From an uncultured virus (IMG/VR IMGVR_UViG_3300025174_000013) (lineage: Duplodnaviria; Heunggongvirae; Uroviricota; Caudoviricetes), in the IMG/VR virus record IMGVR_UViG_3300025174_000013, positions 1-64,000 of that record: a DNA stretch of 64,000 bases; one strand, written 5' to 3'. Of the stretch, positions 59,621-64,000 are shown one piece after another. The first letter of the stretch is position 1; the number at the start of each line of letters is the position of its first letter. The translations under genes were made by a program, and so were the position numbers. Below the pieces are notes generated by a model. That model was not told the origin of the DNA, ran no database searches, and saw only the letters and a list, made by a program, of their open reading frames with translations.

Positions 59621-59869
59621 ATGGCAAATAGAGGAACCAAAAAGAGCAAACTATCTGAAAACCCTGAAAATTGGACTGGTAAGGAATTTAGAAAGTTCTT
59701 AGATAAATCACTTGATAAATTAGATGACGAAGCGTCAGTATCAGTAAATAGAGGAACAGGGCAAATAAAAGTAAAAGACTTGAAAAAGAAAAAAGGCACT
59801 GACAGAAAGAAAGCCTCAAAAGGCAGATATGTTTCTACTGGAAGAGGAACTGGGCGAAGAAAGCTTTAA
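59621..59869 (+). CDS. Small very basic protein, possibly nucleic-acid binding
   Basis: K/R-rich with a repeated RGTG; TATA (tttatataa) about 30 nt upstream. Confidence 0.6.
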   Translation: MANRGTKKSKLSENPENWTGKEFRKFLDKSLDKLDDEASVSVNRGTGQIKVKDLKKKKGTDRKKASKGRYVSTGRGTGRRKL

Positions 59870-59902
59870 AAAGTTATATACTAATTACATCCATTAATTA
59901 TT

Positions 59903-60157
59903 ATGGCATTTCACTCAGAAAGAGCAAAAGCAGGAACTCGAAAGCAAATAGACTTACAGATTAAGACTATTAAGGCTAATATAGCAAGTTTAGAGAAAGA
60001 ACATGTAAAAACTGAAAAATATTTAGGAAAAGGTCTTAATGATGCATTCATTAACAAAGCATTAAAAAACATTAATGCTACTATTGCACTAAAAGAGAAA
60101 CAACTTGCAGATTACGAAGCAACACGAGCAAAATACGAAAAAGACGGACTAATTTAA
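59903..60157 (+). CDS. Coiled-coil hypothetical protein
   Basis: Helical hairpin pattern; TATA upstream, oligo-T downstream. Confidence 0.6.
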   Translation: MAFHSERAKAGTRKQIDLQIKTIKANIASLEKEHVKTEKYLGKGLNDAFINKALKNINATIALKEKQLADYEATRAKYEKDGLI

Positions 60158-60388
60158 GTCTTCTTTTTATTTTTATTTTTATAAGCAACCTCATGTAATG
60201 TAAATTGTGAGAGAGTCAGAGAACGACTGCGTGTCAAATGCGGTGTCCTTATCCGAAGAAAATTTATTAGGCTCTGCAACATTATATAATAGATGTGGTA
60301 GTGTGAATTTGCATACTTGGATGACAAATAAAACCTTAACATAGACAAGAGGACTGGAGTAATTACCCAGCCACATCTATCATATCAA

Positions 60389-60417
60389 ACAAGCATTTAT
60401 ATACCCCATAGTATATA
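60389..60417 (+). promoter_or_regulatory. ACAA-N3-TTTATATAC-N6-GTATATA promoter/operator
   Basis: acaagca tttatatac cccata gtatata, 30 nt before ATG 60426. Confidence 0.75.
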
Positions 60418-60425
60418 AGATAATT

Positions 60426-60890
60426 ATGAAAACAAAAAGTAATCGACCTGAAGTTCAAAAAGGTTTACAAATTTGTTTTAAAATCACCAATATGGTAAAA
60501 GAACAATTTCCTAACGAAGTATTTGCAATCAAACAAAATTCTATTGTACCTTTTACTTCCAATAAAAGACTTTGTAATAATACTTCTTTGGGTGGTTCAT
60601 TTGCTCATTTTCACAATACTAAACCTCACAGAGTTTGTTGTAAACAAAACTTTCTTATTAATGGTAGAAATTGGCATAGTGAATACGAATTTGGTAGGCA
60701 AAAAAGAGGAACTGGATATTATGTAAATGGAACACTTGGCTACGTGTTGTTAATAGTTCATGAATTAGCACATCATAGAACAAAGGGACATGGGAAGAAA
60801 TGGGTTATTAAATGTAAGAAATTTCAAAACTTTATGATAAATCAATTAATCAGTGGTGAATATTATAAGTATATATTACCTATTCATTAA
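60426..60890 (+). CDS. SprT/zincin-like metallopeptidase
   Basis: LIVHELAHH...GHGKKW. Confidence 0.65.
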   Translation: MKTKSNRPEVQKGLQICFKITNMVKEQFPNEVFAIKQNSIVPFTSNKRLCNNTSLGGSFAHFHNTKPHRVCCKQNFLINGRNWHSEYEFGRQKRGTGYYVNGTLGYVLLIVHELAHHRTKGHGKKWVIKCKKFQNFMINQLISGEYYKYILPIH

Positions 60891-60899
60891 CTTATTATA

Positions 60900-61022
60900 A
60901 TGAATGGAAAGCCGAAGGAAGAAAAAATCGACTTAAAGGTTACACTTTTATTGGGTATTATACTAGGAGCGGTAGTATATGGAAGTATCAAAGTCGTCCA
61001 AATGGGAGGTCTTCATCCATGA
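60900..61022 (+). CDS. Small membrane protein (40 aa)
   Basis: Hand-translated; one hydrophobic helix (VTLLLGIILGAVVYGSI); ATGA overlap. Confidence 0.5.
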   Translation: MNGKPKEEKIDLKVTLLLGIILGAVVYGSIKVVQMGGLHP

Positions 61023-61333
61023 CTGAAACATTATATAAAGGATTGGTTGGAAATGCCAAATCGATAATGGCTCATTTACCAAAAGAGAATTGGTTTCATA
61101 CATATGCATTGTGGTTAGCAAATGAAACTAAACCATTTACAAAAGAAGAATGCAAAAAAGCACAAAAAATAGCAGATGAAATGTCTCATTGGGTTAATTG
61201 TCAACATCATTCAGGTGGTTCTCATATGGTTTTACTTCAATATACTTTGGATTATCTTGGTGCTCGTACTATGTCTGAAGTAGAATTGGCTTATATGAGA
61301 GAAAACAAGGAGTTTGGTAAAAAAGATGATTGA
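61019..61333 (+). CDS. Hypothetical protein
   Basis: 104 aa. Confidence 0.55.
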   Translation: MTETLYKGLVGNAKSIMAHLPKENWFHTYALWLANETKPFTKEECKKAQKIADEMSHWVNCQHHSGGSHMVLLQYTLDYLGARTMSEVELAYMRENKEFGKKDD

Positions 61334-61640
61334 TTTTAACACAATAATAAGAAACCCAACACCTGACAACGCATTTAGTTTATGGAATTTTATGGTTCCT
61401 AATGAAGTTAAAGGCATTATGCCAGATGTATTAAGTGGAATAAATTCTGGAGAAGATACCACACAGTTAGCAAATCAAACAGTTTTCAAAATAATAGATG
61501 TGGTAGAAGAAAGAGTATTAAAAGAAGGAGTGGATCATGTATTTCAAAACGGAATAGCAGATAGAATAATGGACATGATGACTGGGCAATATATGGTTAG
61601 TATATTCGAAAGAGTCGCAAATATGCTTGTTGGAGCATAA
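61326..61640 (+). CDS. Hypothetical protein
   Basis: Likely start ATG 61326, overlapping the previous gene. Confidence 0.55.
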   Translation: MIDFNTIIRNPTPDNAFSLWNFMVPNEVKGIMPDVLSGINSGEDTTQLANQTVFKIIDVVEERVLKEGVDHVFQNGIADRIMDMMTGQYMVSIFERVANMLVGA

Positions 61641-61697
61641 TCAGGCACGGCTAAGCGTGAGTTTAAGTTTAAATACTACATTCAAGAAGTCAAGTCT

Positions 61698-61877
61698 ATG
61701 GTAAGCAAATCATGGTTAGTCACCGTAACACCATTAGTCATAGCTGTAGTAACATTCCTAAAATCGTTTGTCTATGGTACAGATCTGACTGAATCAGAAC
61801 TTGAATTAATCAAGCTAGCTGTTGGTGCATTTGTAGGTTCAGGTGCAATAGGAGCCTATTTGTCTGCAAGGGCATAA
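61698..61877 (+). CDS. Two-helix membrane protein, holin-like (59 aa)
   Basis: Hand-translated MVSKSWLVTVTPLVIAVVTFLK...LAVGAFVGSGAIGAYLSARA; own TTAAATACTA promoter and oligo-T terminator. Confidence 0.6.
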   Translation: MVSKSWLVTVTPLVIAVVTFLKSFVYGTDLTESELELIKLAVGAFVGSGAIGAYLSARA

Positions 61878-61956
61878 GTAAAGAGTAGGTAATACTCTAA
61901 TTTTTTCTTTTTTTTATTATCATTATGTTTATAAAGGAGTAAATATAATTTATTTT

Positions 61957-62022
61957 TGGTGATAAGGTAGGATATTCGCTGATAGGGCGTAAGTACCATC
62001 CGTCTATTCTACTATATCACCA
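61957..62022 (+). ncRNA. Candidate small structured RNA
   Basis: Nested stems TGGTGATA/TATCACCA, GTAGGA/TTCTAC, ATAGG..CG/CGTCTAT; TTTATAAA 29 nt upstream. Confidence 0.4.
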
Positions 62023-62058
62023 TATAAGTTAATATTATTGATTAGGCTAAACTAAGCA

Positions 62059-62181
62059 TTGGAAGATAGTGGCAAAAGAACAGATTATGATTTACCATGT
62101 AGGCTATGTAGAAAAGAAAAGGCATCAGCTCTTGGAGTAATTTGTGTTGATTGTTTAAAGAGATATGGTTTTATAAAGTGA
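62059..62181 (+). CDS. Zinc-finger microprotein (40 aa, TTG start)
   Basis: Hand-translated ...CRLCRKEKASALGVICVDCLKRYGFIK. Confidence 0.45.
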   Translation: MEDSGKRTDYDLPCRLCRKEKASALGVICVDCLKRYGFIK

Positions 62182-62217
62182 CAATACGGTTATATAGAGA
62201 TTAATGGCAGATAAGGT

Positions 62218-62676
62218 ATGCCAGCTAATCAGATAATTCATGATATATGGATAGGTGATTTAGAGGACGCTCTAGTATGGGATGGTAACTTATTATGTGT
62301 TTTAGAAACTAGACCTGAAAGACTACCAGTAGATGCATTACATATTCCTATTCTGGCATTAAGATTTGAAAAAACATTCATGAAAGATAAAGATGGAAAT
62401 GATACCAATTACCAAATATCTGGATTTGTTGATAGAGCATTACCAGTACAATTAGACGCAGTTGCACATGTTATTCAAAACCATATAGACGCAAAAGAAA
62501 GGCTAATGGTTCATTGTGGGGCTGGGATGGAACGAAGTCCGTTAGCATTAACATGGTACTTACACACTAGAATGGGTCTTACATTAGAAGATGCATTTGC
62601 GTTAGTAAAGACAAAAAGACCACAAGCACAGAACAGATTAGAATGGTTAAATATCAGCAATCCATTAAACAAGTAA
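62218..62676 (+). CDS. Dual-specificity protein phosphatase
   Basis: IWIGD, MVHCGAGMERS (HCx5R), AFALVKTKRP. Confidence 0.88.
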   Translation: MPANQIIHDIWIGDLEDALVWDGNLLCVLETRPERLPVDALHIPILALRFEKTFMKDKDGNDTNYQISGFVDRALPVQLDAVAHVIQNHIDAKERLMVHCGAGMERSPLALTWYLHTRMGLTLEDAFALVKTKRPQAQNRLEWLNISNPLNK

Positions 62677-62951
62677 TGGGTAGTGAAGACTGGCGGGATT
62701 GGGAAATAGATGAATGGAACATTAGACCAAGATTCAAAGGAGAAGATTTAACTAAAAAACGACAACTAAAGAAAGCCGAAGAACTAACAAGGGACGATGT
62801 ATTAGGAGCAAGACATCATATAAAAGAAGTCTATTGTAAAGTTTGTGAAAAAGAATGGAATCGTGGAGCAATAAATGTTTGTAATGAATGTATCGAATAT
62901 TATTGCGATGAACACATAACTAGACATCCAAATTGTACTAATGGTCGATAA
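62676..62951 (+). CDS. Zinc-finger protein
   Basis: CKVC...CNEC...YCDEH..RH; likely start ATG 62676. Confidence 0.55.
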   Translation: MGSEDWRDWEIDEWNIRPRFKGEDLTKKRQLKKAEELTRDDVLGARHHIKEVYCKVCEKEWNRGAINVCNECIEYYCDEHITRHPNCTNGR

Positions 62952-62954
62952 AAA

Positions 62955-63065
62955 TTGAAATGTTGTAATAGATTTTGCAATGAAAAAGCAACCAATAGGG
63001 TTGGTTTAGGTGGTTTGTTTCATTATGTATGTTTTGATCATGCCATGGATTCTACATTTGACTAA
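62955..63065 (+). CDS. Zinc-finger microprotein (36 aa, TTG start)
   Basis: Hand-translated MKCCNRFCNEKAT...YVCFDHA... Confidence 0.4.
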   Translation: MKCCNRFCNEKATNRVGLGGLFHYVCFDHAMDSTFD

Positions 63066-63097
63066 TTAGTTAAATACTACTTCATTATAACTACTTT

Positions 63098-63322
63098 ATG
63101 GCAACTGTATTTATAATTGATGGAAAACCACAAATGAAACAGCGATTACCATATATTCCACGAGAAGGTGAAGTAGTAGAAATTGTTTCACCCAATGAAA
63201 TTGGTGTTTATGTGGTTGATTTGATTCAACATAGAATTGATCTGAAAAGTACTATAGGCGTTGTAGATACGATGGTTCACATTACTAAAACTGAAAAAAA
63301 GAAAACAAAAAAGAGTGATTAA
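63098..63322 (+). CDS. Hypothetical protein
   Basis: IPREGEVVEI...YVVDLIQH small beta domain; own promoter. Confidence 0.6.
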   Translation: MATVFIIDGKPQMKQRLPYIPREGEVVEIVSPNEIGVYVVDLIQHRIDLKSTIGVVDTMVHITKTEKKKTKKSD

Positions 63323-63679
63323 ATGGTTGGTTCCATTATTGGAAACATAAAAAACTCTGTTTGTGGTTGGGATGGCAAAATTTTAGGTAAGGGTTCATCT
63401 AAACAAGGACATTCTCACAAAGAACTTATGAAGTGTTTATACAAAAGTAATATGGAACTAAGTAAATCTATGCAAATATCTAGAAAGTTAGAAGAAGAGG
63501 TAAAAGCACTTCAAGAACAACTTGCCCATTATATTATCAAAGAACAAAAGGAAAAAGAAAATACAGGATTAATGGATGTAAAAGAAGTAATAAATGTAGA
63601 TGATAGTAAAACTGAGGCAAAAGACCTTTTAGAAGCAGAATCAATAATAGATGAATCACTTGGAAACAATACCGCATAA
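63323..63679 (+). CDS. Hypothetical coiled-coil protein
   Basis: CGWDG...HSHKELMKC plus heptads. Confidence 0.55.
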   Translation: MVGSIIGNIKNSVCGWDGKILGKGSSKQGHSHKELMKCLYKSNMELSKSMQISRKLEEEVKALQEQLAHYIIKEQKEKENTGLMDVKEVINVDDSKTEAKDLLEAESIIDESLGNNTA

Positions 63680-63899
63680 GTATTTGATATCGAAAGGAAT
63701 ATCTTTTCCTATTTTAGAGGAAGGAGATCCAGTACCAGTAATACAATTAGAATGTTATGAATACATAATAAAAGAAGGTGAAGATGGATGGTACTCAGCA
63801 GAATGTGAAGAATTACATGCCATAACTCAAGGAAAAACATGGGACGAAATAAAGAATAATATACTAGAAGTTCATTCCTTAATGTTAGAGGCACAATGA
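63651..63899 (+). CDS. HicB-like (UPF0150) domain protein
   Basis: EGEDGWYSAECEELHAITQGKTWDEIKNNILE. Confidence 0.7.
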   Translation: MNHLETIPHKYLISKGISFPILEEGDPVPVIQLECYEYIIKEGEDGWYSAECEELHAITQGKTWDEIKNNILEVHSLMLEAQ

Positions 63900-64000
63900 T
63901 ATTAAACCACGAAAAAAATACAGATCCCACTCTTTATGAAGCAAGAGTAGGTTGTATGAATTGTGATGCAGTTAAAGTAATGGGAATAAAAAAAGGTAAG
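63896..64000 (+). CDS. Partial ORF running off the window
   Basis: ATGA-coupled; MILNHEK...GCMNCD... Confidence 0.45.
   Translation, partial: MILNHEKNTDPTLYEARVGCMNCDAVKVMGIKKGK

Noticed and set aside
59217..60376. Short minus-strand ORFs in the 59-60 kb gaps
   Set aside because: Atypical composition, no promoters, and overlap with better-supported plus-strand genes or RNA-like structures
1..64000. Absence of terminase large subunit and PolB as a biological novelty
   Set aside because: The window is cut mid-gene at the right end, so these genes may lie outside it

Overview
The whole window looks like part of the genome of a tailed dsDNA virus (Caudoviricetes-type) infecting archaea, most likely Nitrososphaerota (Thaumarchaeota). 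It is AT-rich and gene-dense, nearly all genes are on the + strand, and it has archaeal TATA promoters about 28-32 nt upstream of apparently leaderless starts, plus oligo-T terminators. From left to right it contains: two giant repeat-shaft fibre/adhesin genes and a BppU-like gene; a portal fused to a C-terminal RelA/SpoT-type synthetase domain; scaffold/prohead protease; major capsid; a divergent DUF932 insert; head-tail, tail and fibre genes; RadA, NAMPT-like, MCM, Cas4-like nuclease and methyltransferases; three very acidic modular ORFs (46-54.6 kb); then Hjc, matrixin, Prim-Pol, several structured intergenic regions and many small ORFs. I saw no terminase large subunit, PolB, integrase, tRNA or CRISPR array. 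Best candidate for an undescribed system: the 46-54.6 kb ORFs are strings of 40-80 aa mini-domains joined by a recurrent E-S-x-A-x-E linker. The same [AGS]-x-E motif sits at domain borders of the portal, protease and capsid, suggesting prohead-protease-processed cargo polyproteins and a releasable alarmone-synthetase toxin. Other clear signals are CCWGG avoidance at Pro-Gly codons, a palindromic promoter class and Cys-bracketed domain cassettes in the fibre. All family calls are by-eye motif recognition; no searches were run.
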